A stretch of DNA of 32,000 nt, taken from Buchnera aphidicola str. APS (Acyrthosiphon pisum). Its GTDB lineage: Bacteria > Pseudomonadota > Gammaproteobacteria > Enterobacterales > Enterobacteriaceae. Numbering within the stretch: position 1 is the first letter of the stretch; every line of letters starts with the position of its first letter. The notes beneath the pieces are model-generated. The model had not been told where the DNA came from. It saw nothing but the letters and a program-made list of their open reading frames with translations, and did not search any database. Positions 10,487 to 20,628 of this stretch are shown here, piece by piece. Both the position numbers and the translations under genes were made by a program. The stretch spans positions 90,001 through 122,000 of the forward strand of contig NC_002528.1 of assembly GCF_000009605.1 (NCBI RefSeq), read 5' to 3'.

Positions 10487-11348
10487 ATTGAATTGCTTTT
10501 TCAAGTTGAAAACGTGTAGAATCTAAAACGGGTGTCATAGGCAAACGAAGTGTATCACTTTTTATTAATCCTATTTTTTTTGCTAACCATTTTACGGGAA
10601 TAGGATTGGGTTCTATGAACAGCGCTTCATGTAGTAACATTAGGCGTTTATTTATAGATCTTGCATTTATAAAATCCCCTTTTAATGCATACGAACAAAT
10701 TTCCATCATTTCTTTTGCAGCAATATTTGCTGTAACCGATATTACACCTTGTCCGCCTAATTGCATAAAATCTAAAGCTGTTGCATCATCTCCACTGATT
10801 AATAAAAAATTAGTTTTAACTAATTCTTTTATTTTATGGATTCTTGATAAATCTCCAGTTGCTTCTTTAATTCCTATTATGTTGTTAAAATGAGATAATT
10901 TGGCAACTGTTTCTGGGAGTAAATCACATCCGGTACGACTGGGTACATTATATAAAATTTGTGGTAATTCAGTGTTTTCTGAAATAGCTTTAAAATGTTG
11001 ATACAATCCTTCTTGTGTAGGTCTATTATAATATGGCGTTACACTTAAACAACCTGCAACACCAGATTTTTCAAATCTTTTGGTTAAAGATATAGCTTCT
11101 GTTGTAGCATTTGCTCCTGTACCTGCAATAACTGGAATACGTCCATCTGCTAATTCTAAAGTGAGCATAACAATATTTATGTGTTCTTCTTGACTAAGTG
11201 TTGCGGATTCTCCAGTAGTTCCAATTGAAACAATTGCTTCAGTTTTACTAGCAACATGATAATTAATTAACTTTTCTAAACTAATACGACAAATCTGACC
11301 TTTTTCATCCATGGGTGTAATTAGTGCAACAATACTTCCTTTGAACAT
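10464..11348 (-). CDS. dapA: 4-hydroxy-tetrahydrodipicolinate synthase
   Basis: The 294 aa product compares with 292 aa in E. coli DapA. Shared blocks are [23 protein letters not shown], the catalytic Tyr region [19 protein letters not shown], and the Schiff-base Lys in IGIKEATG. A strong SD, GGAGGAGG, lies 6 nt upstream of the ATG on the minus strand (11355-11362). Confidence 0.97.
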   Translation of the reverse strand: MFKGSIVALITPMDEKGQICRISLEKLINYHVASKTEAIVSIGTTGESATLSQEEHINIVMLTLELADGRIPVIAGTGANATTEAISLTKRFEKSGVAGCLSVTPYYNRPTQEGLYQHFKAISENTELPQILYNVPSRTGCDLLPETVAKLSHFNNIIGIKEATGDLSRIHKIKELVKTNFLLISGDDATALDFMQLGGQGVISVTANIAAKEMMEICSYALKGDFINARSINKRLMLLHEALFIEPNPIPVKWLAKKIGLIKSDTLRLPMTPVLDSTRFQLEKAIQYANLKIS

Positions 11349-11923
11349 TAGTTGTCCTCCTCCATAAAAAATATTTTATGGGATGTTTGGCACGTTTTAA
11401 AAATTAAGTATATAGAAATTATTAATATAATATCTTAAAAATATAATTTTATTGACAAATAAATATATAAATATTAGATAATATTGTACATATAATAGAG
11501 TTTTAATTATCTAATTCAATGAAAAATTTTTTATAATAATAACTTATATTTAATATTTTTTATTTTTTTAAATGAAATACAATTAATTTGAACAATATAT
11601 TTTATAGAGAAACAAAGGTAGAAAATATATATTTATTATTAACATTTCGCTTTATAAGTATGATTGTACGTAACATCTTTATAAAAGTATTTATTTTTAC
11701 AGAAGAAAAATTTTGCAATTTTTATTGCATTATTTTTCAAATATATTTTTTTATATACTTCAAAAGTATTTTTAAAATTTAATTATAGTACTTAGCATAA
11801 TTAAATTATGCGCTATTTCTAGAAAAATATAATTCTATTCATGTGAAAAATATCAATGATATTTAATATGATCATCCTATCGAATAAATAGTTATTTAGC
11901 ATTATGAATATATTTTAAAGGAA

Positions 11924-12988
11924 TTATTTTCCACTGCATTGTGCGCGAAATCTTAATAAATGATCCATTAATACAATTGCTACCATTGCTTCAGTGATTG
12001 GAACAGCGCGTAAACCTACACATGGATCATGTCGTCCTTTAGTAACTATTTGAACTTTTTCGTTATTTTTATTTATTGTATTGCCTGCTTTTCGAATACT
12101 TGATGTAGGTTTAAATGCTACTTTTAGTACAATTTCTCGACCATTACTAATACCACCTAGAATACCACCAGAATGATTAGTTAAAAATCCTTGTGGCGTA
12201 ATTTCATCACGATGTTCACTTCCTCGTTGATTTATTACTGAAAAACCGTCTCCAATTTCTACTCCTTTTGCGGCATTAATACTCATCAAGGCGTGTGATA
12301 AATCAGCATCAAGACGATCAAAAACTGGTTCTCCAAGTCCTACAGGGATATTTTCAGCAATAATTGTTATTTCAGCACCAATCGAATCACCTATTTTTTT
12401 GAGATATTTAATTAAATTTTCTAGTGCTAAAATTTTTTCAGGATCAGAACAGAAAAAAGGATTATTTTCGACTTCTTGCCAAGATTTAAAAGGGCATTTG
12501 ATATTGCCCATTGCTGACAAATATGCTCGAATAGTTATCCCATATTTCTCATTAAGGTATTTTTTTGCTATAGCTCCTGCTGCAACTCTCATAGCAGTTT
12601 CGCGAGCAGAAGATCTACCTCCCCCGCGATAATCTCTAATTCCATATTTTTTTTCATAAGTATAATCGGCATGTCCCGGTCGAAATAAATTCTTTATATC
12701 GCTATAGTCTTGAGACCTATGATCATGATTATAAATTATTAAACCAATACTAGTACCAGTTGTGACCCCGTTAAATATACCGGAAAGTATATTAACTTCA
12801 TCAGGTTCACGGCGCAAAGTCGTGTAACGGGAAGTACCTGGTCTTCTACGATTCAAATCATATTGCAAATCTTTACAAGATAATTCAAGACCAGGAGGTG
12901 TTCCGTCAATTATGCACCCTAATGCTTCTCCGTGTGACTCGCCAAAAGTGGTTACACAGAATATTTTCCCAATTGTATTTCCAGACAT
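11924..12988 (-). CDS. aroC: Chorismate synthase
   Basis: The 354 aa product matches the chorismate synthase signatures [30 protein letters not shown] and GRHDPCV. It is colinear with E. coli AroC (361 aa). Confidence 0.97.
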   Translation of the reverse strand: MSGNTIGKIFCVTTFGESHGEALGCIIDGTPPGLELSCKDLQYDLNRRRPGTSRYTTLRREPDEVNILSGIFNGVTTGTSIGLIIYNHDHRSQDYSDIKNLFRPGHADYTYEKKYGIRDYRGGGRSSARETAMRVAAGAIAKKYLNEKYGITIRAYLSAMGNIKCPFKSWQEVENNPFFCSDPEKILALENLIKYLKKIGDSIGAEITIIAENIPVGLGEPVFDRLDADLSHALMSINAAKGVEIGDGFSVINQRGSEHRDEITPQGFLTNHSGGILGGISNGREIVLKVAFKPTSSIRKAGNTINKNNEKVQIVTKGRHDPCVGLRAVPITEAMVAIVLMDHLLRFRAQCSGK

Positions 12989-13283
12989 TTTTTATCCTTC
13001 TGCAATTGTTAAAATGAAATAATACAACTATACAGAACAAATAAACAAAATGATTTTTTATTTTTTAAAATATTTAAATTGTATTTATTTTTTAAAAAAT
13101 CATCTGTTTAAACTAATTGTTTCTTTTTTTATGTAGTTTTATAATAATATTTTTTTATTTGTTGTTTTTACAAAAACTAAATTATATAATTAATGAAAAA
13201 TACATAATTCATTATAAATATTTTAAATTAAATACATATGTTTGGAATTTTTAATTAATTAACATTATTGGTAACAAACAACT

Positions 13284-13844
13284 ATGGATAAAAATAGCCG
13301 ATATACCGTTGATTCGAGTATTTTATTTCGTCAATGGTTAAATGATACTCGTGAAATGGTACAAGATACTATTTTTCATTCTCGAATTCAAAAAAAAAAT
13401 AATAATCATCCAGTATCTCAACGCGTTTTTTTCGAACAAAATGCTCATAGTCATTATTTTTCTTATAGAAATAATAAAAATTTATTTAAAGAAAATCCTG
13501 TTTCTTATATTCGTCATCAAAGCTTGTATAATGTTTTAAAAAATCTAAAAAAAGGAAGATACAATCCAGATATTTCTATTGATTTGCATGGATTAACACA
13601 ACATCAGGCACAACAGGCTTTAGGAGAATTAATCACGACATGTCAAAAAGAAAAAATTTTTTGTGCTCATATAATGCATGGTCATGGTAAACATATTTTA
13701 AAAAAACAAACTCCGTTTTGGTTGTCTCAACACCCTGATATAATAGCCTTTCATGAAGCTCCTAAATTTTTTGGAAGCGATGCTGCAATTATAGTTATAA
13801 TTGAAATTAATTCTCTAAAAAAAAATATAAATATTTTTAATTAG
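13284..13844 (+). CDS. smrB: Smr-domain ribosome-rescue endonuclease SmrB (YfcN)
   Basis: The 186 aa product compares with 183 aa in E. coli SmrB. The Smr domain block is DLHGLTQHQAQQALGELI...HGHGKHILKKQTPFWLSQHP.IIAFH.AP. It is divergent from aroC, as in E. coli, where prmB additionally lies between them. Confidence 0.9.
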   Translation: MDKNSRYTVDSSILFRQWLNDTREMVQDTIFHSRIQKKNNNHPVSQRVFFEQNAHSHYFSYRNNKNLFKENPVSYIRHQSLYNVLKNLKKGRYNPDISIDLHGLTQHQAQQALGELITTCQKEKIFCAHIMHGHGKHILKKQTPFWLSQHPDIIAFHEAPKFFGSDAAIIVIIEINSLKKNINIFN

Positions 13845-14074
13845 AAAATCAAATAATTTTATATCAAGACATTAAAATAGAAATATTGCTTTCTGAATTA
13901 AACTAAAACAGTGCTATTTTATTTAATATAAAAAGTTTCTTTAATTATTTTTTTTAAACTACAATGTTATCAATAATTTTAATTTATTATACTTCATTTT
14001 TGCAATAACATTGTCTATGTCATAAAATGATTTAATTATAATTTTTTCATGAGCACTAATAAGATATTTTTTTT

Positions 14075-14105
14075 AAAACCCTTATTTTTTGGGTTTTTTT
14101 ATTTT
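14075..14105 (+). terminator. Intrinsic-terminator-like hairpin 64 nt upstream of hisG. It is either the smrB terminator or a relic of the his attenuator.
   Basis: The stem aaaaccc (14075-14081) pairs with gggtttt (14091-14097) around a 9-nt loop, followed by tttatttt. There is no run of His codons in any frame between 13845 and 14168. Confidence 0.5.
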
Positions 14106-14168
14106 CTAAAAAAGTAAATTTATATAAGTTTTTTTATGTAATAAAAAGAACTTTAAGGGATTCGAAAT

Positions 14169-15068
14169 ATGTTTGAAAATAATCGTGTACGTATAGCGAT
14201 GCAAAAAACTGGCCGTTTAAGTAAAGATTCTATCAGACTACTGACATCTTGTGGTGTTAAAATTAATTTAAAACAACAAAAATTAATAGCATTTGCTGAA
14301 AATATGCCCATTGATGTAATGTTAGTTCGTGACGATGATATTCCTGGATTGGTAATGGATGGTGTAGTAGATTTAGGAATAGTTGGAGAAAATGTGCTTG
14401 AAGAAGAGTTATTGAAACGAAAATCACAAAAATCTGAATGTTCTTATATTACTTTAAGACGACTAGATTTTGGAGTATGTAGATTATCTTTAGCTTTACC
14501 GGTAAATACTATATACACTAATATAACATGTTTAAAAAATATTAGAATAGCTACCTCATATCCTCATTTATTAAAAAAATATTTAGACGAAAAAAATATT
14601 TCTTTTAAATCCTGCATGTTAAATGGATCGGTAGAAGTTGCACCTAGAGCTGGTTTAGCAGATGCTATTTGTGATTTAGTGTCTACAGGAGCAACATTAG
14701 AAGCTAATGGTTTACGTGAAGTGCAAGTAGTTTATCATTCTCATGCCTGTCTTATTTGTAAGACTGGAAATATTAATTCTATAAAAAAAGAATTTATTAA
14801 TAAATTGATGACTCGTATTAAAGGCGTGATTAAAGCTCGCGAATCTAAATATATTATGTTACATGCTCCTATAAAACAATTAGAAGCGGTGATATCTTTA
14901 CTTCATGGAGCAGAAAGACCAACCATTTTAAAATTAGCAGGTGATGATAATCGAGTAGCAATGCATATGGTTAGTAGTGAGACATTATTTTGGGAAACGA
15001 TGGAAAAGCTAAAATTATTAGGCGCTAGTTCAATTTTAGTTTTACCAATTGAAAAAATGATGGAGTAA
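14169..15068 (+). CDS. hisG: ATP phosphoribosyltransferase (long form)
   Basis: The 299 aa product is the same length as E. coli HisG. Shared blocks are [23 protein letters not shown], and [14 protein letters not shown] in the PRPP-binding loop. It is the first gene of a colinear hisGDCBHAFI operon. Confidence 0.97.
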
Positions 15069-15076
15069 GAAATGCA

Positions 15077-16384
15077 ATGAAATATTTTAAAAATATAATT
15101 TTTTGGAACAAACTACACCCTGATGAACAAAAAAAAATATTATCAAGACCTATTTTAAAAGAAAATAACTTCATTAAAAAGACTGTAAAAGAAATTATAG
15201 AAAATGTTAGATTATTTGGAAATTCAGCATTAAAAAAATATACTTTTTTATTTGATAAACAAGATATAAATACATTTCAAGTTTCAAAAGAAAAAATCTC
15301 TTCATCTTCGTTTTATTTAAGTAAGGTTCTAAAAGATTCCATTTCTGTCGCGCAAAAAAATATTACATGTTTTCATAAAGCTCAAATTCCATCTAAAATA
15401 GATGTTGAAACAGAAGTTGGAGTCCGTTGTGAGCAAATCTATTTACCTCTAAATTCTATAGGAATTTATATTCCTGGCGGAACAGCTCCTTTATTTTCGA
15501 CTGTATTAATGTTAGCGATACCTGCTAAAATTTCTGGTTGTAAAAAAATTATTCTTTGCTCTCCTCCTCCGATTAGTAACGAGGTTCTTTATGCTGCTCA
15601 TATTTGTGGAATTCATGATATTTATCAAGTTGGGGGAGCTCAGGCTATAGCTGCACTCGCTTTAGGTACTGAAACGGTCCCTAAAGTAGATAAGATTTTT
15701 GGACCAGGCAATGCGTATGTTACAGAAGCAAAATTACAAGTTAGTTCAATTTTTAATGGAACAGAAATAGACATGTTAGCAGGACCTTCAGAATTATTAA
15801 TCATTGCTGACAACACTGCTAATCCAGATTTTATTGCCGCTGATTTATTATCACAAGCTGAACATGGTGTTTCTTCTCAAGTAATTTTGCTTACACCATG
15901 TTTTGAATTAGCAGAAAAGGTAGTGCTTTCCATTAATAAACAACTGAATAATTTATCTAGATTATCAGAAATTTTGAAAACATTAAAAAACAGTAGTGTC
16001 ATAATTGTCAAAAATTTATCAGAATGTATTGAAATCTCTAATATGTATGCACCTGAACATCTAATTATTCAAACACAATCACCTAGAGAAGTACTTAACT
16101 ACATCTCTAATGCTAGTTCTATTTTTCTTGGTTTATGGTCTCCTGAATCTGCCGGAGATTATGCGTCTGGGACAAATCATGTTTTACCAACATATGGAAA
16201 ATCTATTACAAATTCGTCTTTAGGATTGTGTGATTTTCAAAAACGTGTATTAGTTCAAGAATTAACAGCTAAAGGACTAATGAAATTATCTAATACTATT
16301 GAAATTTTATCTTCCGCAGAAAAACTTCAAGCACATAAAAATGCTGTAAAAATTCGCGTAGATTTTTTAAAGGGAAAAATATGA
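15077..16384 (+). CDS. hisD: Histidinol dehydrogenase
   Basis: The 435 aa product shares IYIPGGTAPLFSTVLM, GGAQAIAALA.GTE, DMLAGPSE, SQAEHG and YASGTNHVLPT with E. coli HisD (434 aa). Its stop overlaps the hisC start (ATGA at 16381-16384). Confidence 0.97.
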   Translation: MKYFKNIIFWNKLHPDEQKKILSRPILKENNFIKKTVKEIIENVRLFGNSALKKYTFLFDKQDINTFQVSKEKISSSSFYLSKVLKDSISVAQKNITCFHKAQIPSKIDVETEVGVRCEQIYLPLNSIGIYIPGGTAPLFSTVLMLAIPAKISGCKKIILCSPPPISNEVLYAAHICGIHDIYQVGGAQAIAALALGTETVPKVDKIFGPGNAYVTEAKLQVSSIFNGTEIDMLAGPSELLIIADNTANPDFIAADLLSQAEHGVSSQVILLTPCFELAEKVVLSINKQLNNLSRLSEILKTLKNSSVIIVKNLSECIEISNMYAPEHLIIQTQSPREVLNYISNASSIFLGLWSPESAGDYASGTNHVLPTYGKSITNSSLGLCDFQKRVLVQELTAKGLMKLSNTIEILSSAEKLQAHKNAVKIRVDFLKGKI

Positions 16385-17487
16385 CAGATAATGTTTTGAA
16401 ATTGTCTAGAAAAAATATAAAAAAACTAATACCTTATCAATCCGCAAGACGTATCGGAGGGGAACATGGGAATATATTATTAAATGCTAATGAATCGCCT
16501 GTATCTATTTTTTTTAAATTAAAAAAAAAACCATTTAATCGTTATCCAGAATGTCAACCCAGTAAACTAATATCTTCTTATGCTCATTATGTTAATTTAT
16601 CTTGTAATCAAATTTTAGCCACAAGAGGTGCTGATGAAGGAATTGAATTATTAATTAAGGCTTTTTGCGAACCTGGTAAAGATGCTATTATTTATTGCCC
16701 TCCTACTTATGATATGTATCGAATAAATGCAACCATAGCTGGTGTAGAAATAAAAGAAATTCCTACTATTAAAAATACTTGGCAATTAGATTTGTTAAAT
16801 ATTAAGTTAAACTTAAGTAGAGTAAAATTAATTTATATTTGCAATCCCAATAATCCTACTGGTAATATTTTTTTTAAAAAAGATCTTATTTTTTTATTGA
16901 ATATAACTTTAGGACAGGCTCTAGTTGTAATAGATGAAGCTTATATTGAATTTTCACCAGAAGAAAGCATGACAAATTATTTAAAAGATTATCCGAATTT
17001 AGTTGTTCTACGAACCTTGTCTAAAGCTTTTGCCTTAGCTGGAATACGATGCGGATTTACTTTAGCTAAAAAAGAAATTATTCAAACTTTAAGTAAAGTT
17101 ATTAGTCCTTATCCAATATCTATCCCTGTCTCTGATATAGCTATACGATCTTTAGAAAAAGATTATGTTCAATTAATGAAAAATAGAGTCTTAGATTCAA
17201 ACAATAATCGTATTTGGTTGATTAATCAATTGAAAAACATCACATGCGTAGAAACAGTATTTGAAAGTAATGCTAATTATGTATTAGTAAAATTTTCTAT
17301 GTTTGAAAAGGTTTTTGAAACTTTATGGAATAAAGGTATAATTTTAAGAAATCAAAATGAGAAAACGAATTTAAAAAAATGTATAAGAATTTCAATGGGA
17401 ACACGATCAGAATCTTTGCGTTTAATTAAAGAGCTTAAAATTTTTTCTAAAAAAAACATGTGTCAAGGTGAAATGAGTGAAAAATAA
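16381..17487 (+). CDS. hisC: Histidinol-phosphate aminotransferase
   Basis: The 368 aa product shares YQSARR, LNANE, NRYPECQP, RGADEGIELLI.AFCEPGKDAI.YCPPTY.MY, CNPNNPTG, and the PLP-lysine block LRTLSKAFALAG.RCGF. Confidence 0.97.
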   Translation: MTDNVLKLSRKNIKKLIPYQSARRIGGEHGNILLNANESPVSIFFKLKKKPFNRYPECQPSKLISSYAHYVNLSCNQILATRGADEGIELLIKAFCEPGKDAIIYCPPTYDMYRINATIAGVEIKEIPTIKNTWQLDLLNIKLNLSRVKLIYICNPNNPTGNIFFKKDLIFLLNITLGQALVVIDEAYIEFSPEESMTNYLKDYPNLVVLRTLSKAFALAGIRCGFTLAKKEIIQTLSKVISPYPISIPVSDIAIRSLEKDYVQLMKNRVLDSNNNRIWLINQLKNITCVETVFESNANYVLVKFSMFEKVFETLWNKGIILRNQNEKTNLKKCIRISMGTRSESLRLIKELKIFSKKNMCQGEMSEK

Positions 17488-18538
17488 AATATTATTTATT
17501 GATCGAGATGGTACATTAATTGATGAACCAATTAATACTTTTCAAGTAGACTCAATAAATAAATTAGTATTTAAAAAATATGTTATTTCCTCATTACGTA
17601 AATTAGTTGAACTCGACTATAAATTGATAATGATTACTAATCAAGATGGTCTTGGTACTGAATCTTTTCCTTTACAAGATTTTAGTACAGCTCATCTTTT
17701 TATGTTGAGTGTTTTTCGTTCAGAAGGGGTTATTTTTGATGATATATTAATTTGTCCTCACTTTTTAGATGATGACTGTGTATGTCGAAAACCTAAAATA
17801 AAAATGATAGAGCCATGGTTAGATAAAATAGACTTAAAGAAGAGCTATGTGATTGGTGATCGAGATACAGATATGCAACTATCAAATAACCTTAAAATAA
17901 AAGGTATAAAATACAAAGAAGATATATGTAATTGGTTACATATCACAAAATACATTATAAAACATAATAGATATGCTGAAATTATCAGGAGAACTAAAGA
18001 AACTAAAGTTAGTATTAAAGTTTGGTTAGATTTAGAAGAAACAAGTAAGATTGATACTGGTGTAAAGTTTTTTGATCATATGTTAGAACAGTTATCAGTA
18101 CATAGTGGTATTTGCATGAATATTTCTGTACAGGGAGATCTTGATATTGACGATCATCATACAATAGAAGACACAGGCATTGTTTTAGGAGAGGCTTTAT
18201 TGCAAGCTTTAGGAAAAAAAAATGGTCTATCTAGATTTGGTTTCTACTTGCCAATGGATGAAAGTAGATCTAATTGTATCATGGATATATCAAATCGTCC
18301 GTATTTAAATTTCAAAGCAAAATTCAATCATAAAATGGCTGGAGATCTAAGCACTAATATGGTAGAGCATTTTTTTTATTCTCTTTGTTACTCTATGAAA
18401 ATTACACTTCATTTATATGCTGAAGGTAAAAACGACCACCATTGTATTGAGAGTTTATTTAAAGTTTTTGGACGAACGTTACGTCAAGCTATTAAGATAG
18501 AGGGAAATATGTTACCAACTTCAAAAGGGATTTTATAA
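17477..18538 (+). CDS. hisB: Bifunctional histidinol-phosphatase / imidazoleglycerol-phosphate dehydratase
   Basis: The 353 aa product has the HAD motif [18 protein letters not shown], and CxCRKPK, plus the dehydratase blocks RRTKET, FFDHML.Q...H, GDL.IDDHHT.EDTG..LGEAL and KNDHH..ES.FK.FGR.LRQA. The start is GTG at 17477 and overlaps the hisC end by 11 nt. Confidence 0.96.
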   Translation: MKNKILFIDRDGTLIDEPINTFQVDSINKLVFKKYVISSLRKLVELDYKLIMITNQDGLGTESFPLQDFSTAHLFMLSVFRSEGVIFDDILICPHFLDDDCVCRKPKIKMIEPWLDKIDLKKSYVIGDRDTDMQLSNNLKIKGIKYKEDICNWLHITKYIIKHNRYAEIIRRTKETKVSIKVWLDLEETSKIDTGVKFFDHMLEQLSVHSGICMNISVQGDLDIDDHHTIEDTGIVLGEALLQALGKKNGLSRFGFYLPMDESRSNCIMDISNRPYLNFKAKFNHKMAGDLSTNMVEHFFYSLCYSMKITLHLYAEGKNDHHCIESLFKVFGRTLRQAIKIEGNMLPTSKGIL

Positions 18539-19128
18539 TGTACATAGTAATAGTAGATACAGGTTGCGCTAATTTGACATCAATAAAAGTAGCAATTAAT
18601 AACTTAGGTTATAATGCTACAATAACTTCTGAATCATCAATTATTTTAAAGTCTAATAAGATTTTTTTACCAGGAGTAGGAACTGCCTCGGCAGTAATGG
18701 ATCTTTTGTCTAAAAAAAAAATCATCAATGTTATTAGAGAATGCAAACAAACAATATTAGGAATATGTTTGGGTATGCAACTTTTTTGTGCTTCTAGTGA
18801 AGAATCTAATGGCGTAAAAACAATTGGTATTATTAAAACTCCTGCATTGCGTTTAAAAGTTAATAATTTATCTTTACCTCATATTGGTTGGAATCAAATT
18901 ACATTTCAAAAAGGACATGCTTTATTTAAAAATATACCAAATAATTCAAGATTTTATTTTGTTCATAGCTATATGGTTCCAATAAATAAATATACATTAT
19001 CTACAACTAATTATGGTATTAATTTTAGTTCAATAATACAAAAAGACAATTTCTTTGGCGTTCAGTTTCATCCAGAAAAATCTGGAAATATAGGGTCTCA
19101 ATTGTTAAAAAATTTTTTGGAGATATAA
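18538..19128 (+). CDS. hisH: Imidazole glycerol phosphate synthase, glutaminase subunit
   Basis: The 196 aa product has the class-I amidotransferase triad context GICLGMQL (Cys nucleophile) and GVQFHPEKS. Its ATG shares one base with the hisB TAA (TAATG). Confidence 0.96.
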   Translation: MYIVIVDTGCANLTSIKVAINNLGYNATITSESSIILKSNKIFLPGVGTASAVMDLLSKKKIINVIRECKQTILGICLGMQLFCASSEESNGVKTIGIIKTPALRLKVNNLSLPHIGWNQITFQKGHALFKNIPNNSRFYFVHSYMVPINKYTLSTTNYGINFSSIIQKDNFFGVQFHPEKSGNIGSQLLKNFLEI

Positions 19129-19132
19129 TTGA

Positions 19133-19873
19133 ATGATTATTCCTGCATTTGACTTAATCAACGGTAGAACAGTACGTTTATATCAAGGTGATTATTCGAA
19201 TCAAAAAAATTATAATGTAAACTTATTCAACTCCTTAGAAGTATACAAATCAAAAGGAATTGAGATAGTTCATTTAGTAGATTTAGATGGTGCAAAAAAT
19301 AGCGCAAATAGACAAATAGAATTGTTTAAGAAAATAGTTTCTCATACTACCGTACCTGTACAAGTAGGTGGAGGAATAAGAACTACAAAAGATATAAGCA
19401 CACTTCTTGATTTAGGAGTCAAAAGGGTAGTAATTGGTTCTTCTATTGTAAGTAATAAAAAACAAGTAAAACAATGGTTAAATTTTTATGGTCCAGATGC
19501 AATTGTTTTAGCATTAGATGTACATGTTGATGGTAGCAACAAAAAAGAAATCTCTATTGATGGTTGGCAAAAAAAAACAAATTTTATTCTAGAGGAAATA
19601 ATTGAATATTTCTTATCTAGTGGTTTAAAACACGTATTATGTACCGATATCTCTAGAGATGGAACACTTTTAGGACCAAATTTTAAGTTGTACAAAGAAA
19701 TTTGCAGCAATTTTAAAAATATTAATTTTCAAGCATCTGGAGGTGTAGCATCATTACAAGATATTATTTTTTTAAAAAAAACTGGAGTGAAGAGTATTAT
19801 TATTGGTCGTAGTTTATTAGAAAAAAAATTTACAATAGAAGAGGCTGTTAAATGCTGGCAAAGAGAATCATAG
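19133..19873 (+). CDS. hisA: ProFAR isomerase
   Basis: The 246 aa product shares [33 protein letters not shown], and D..RDGTL.G.N....., ASGG. It is colinear with E. coli HisA (245 aa). Confidence 0.96.
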   Translation: MIIPAFDLINGRTVRLYQGDYSNQKNYNVNLFNSLEVYKSKGIEIVHLVDLDGAKNSANRQIELFKKIVSHTTVPVQVGGGIRTTKDISTLLDLGVKRVVIGSSIVSNKKQVKQWLNFYGPDAIVLALDVHVDGSNKKEISIDGWQKKTNFILEEIIEYFLSSGLKHVLCTDISRDGTLLGPNFKLYKEICSNFKNINFQASGGVASLQDIIFLKKTGVKSIIIGRSLLEKKFTIEEAVKCWQRES

Positions 19874-20628
19874 CGTGTCTTGATGTTGATGATGGTGTAG
19901 TAGTGAAAGGAATTAAATTTCAGAATCATAAAATCGTAGGCGATATTGTACCATTAGCCAGACGCTACGCAAAAGAAGGTATAGATGAATTAGTTTTTTA
20001 TGATATTACTGCTGCAACAAAAAATAAATTAGTTGATCGTAGTTGGATAAAAAATGTTTCTAAAGTTATAAATATTCCATTTTGCGTAGCTGGAGGTATT
20101 AAAAGTGTAGAAGATGCTAAAAAAGTTTTATCTAGTGGTGCAGATAAAATATCAATCAATTCTTCAGCATTAATAGATCCTAATTTAATTACTAAAATTT
20201 CAGAACGTTTTGGTGTACAGTGTGTAGTTATTGGAATTGATTCTTGGTTTGATAAAACAAAAAATTCTTATATGGTACAACAATATACAGGAGATATTAG
20301 TAAAACTTATCAAACGTCTTGGAAAACATCTGATTGGGTAAAAAAAGTACAAGAAAAAGGTGCTGGTGAAATAGTGTTAAATATGATGAATAAAGATGGA
20401 TTACAAAAGGGGTATGATATATCACATTTAAGTGAAATAAGAAAAATATGTAAAGTACCCTTAATTGCATCAGGTGGCGCTGGAAGTGTAGAACACTTTT
20501 ATGAAGCATTATATTATTCTAATGTTGATGGAGTGCTAGCTGCATCTGTTTTTCATAAAAATATAGTAGAGATAAAAGTGTTGAAAAAAAAATTAATTGC
20601 GCGAGGAATGGAGATTAGAGAGTGTTAA
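19852..20628 (+). CDS. hisF: Imidazole glycerol phosphate synthase, cyclase subunit
   Basis: The 258 aa product is the same length as E. coli HisF. Shared blocks are [53 protein letters not shown] and PLIASGGAG. It overlaps the hisA end by 22 nt. Confidence 0.97.
   Translation: MLAKRIIACLDVDDGVVVKGIKFQNHKIVGDIVPLARRYAKEGIDELVFYDITAATKNKLVDRSWIKNVSKVINIPFCVAGGIKSVEDAKKVLSSGADKISINSSALIDPNLITKISERFGVQCVVIGIDSWFDKTKNSYMVQQYTGDISKTYQTSWKTSDWVKKVQEKGAGEIVLNMMNKDGLQKGYDISHLSEIRKICKVPLIASGGAGSVEHFYEALYYSNVDGVLAASVFHKNIVEIKVLKKKLIARGMEIREC

Noticed and set aside
10606-10893. 95-aa plus-strand ORF
   Set aside because: It lies entirely inside dapA on the opposite strand. It is a shadow ORF.
11453-11487. 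A perfect TTGACA followed 17 nt later by TAGATA on the plus strand
   Set aside because: The -10 is poor (3 of 6), and nothing is encoded downstream on the plus strand for about 1.8 kb. In DNA of about 75 percent A+T such matches are expected by chance.
11588-11782. 64-aa plus-strand ORF in the aroC-dapA spacer
   Set aside because: It has a TTG start, no SD and an I/F/K-rich low-complexity product. It is on the strand opposite both neighbours. It is kept only as part of the spacer finding.
12399-12632. 77-aa plus-strand ORF
   Set aside because: It is antisense within aroC.
13342-13539. 65-aa plus-strand ORF
   Set aside because: It is an alternative frame inside smrB with a pure I/L/F/K composition. 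The smrB frame carries the Smr domain motifs.
14049-14117. 22-codon Phe-rich mini-ORF (MSTNKIFFLKPLFFGFFYFLKK) spanning the hairpin upstream of hisG, superficially like a pheL-type leader peptide
   Set aside because: The Phe codons are simply the T runs of the hairpin loop and tail read in frame. A Phe-sensing leader makes no sense in front of a his operon. No SD is visible. It is mentioned in the his-leader finding but not called as a gene.
19486-19929. Two minus-strand ORFs of 74 aa and 66 aa
   Set aside because: They are antisense to hisA and the hisA-hisF junction. Both his genes are strongly supported.
20297-20509. 70-aa minus-strand ORF
   Set aside because: It is antisense within hisF.
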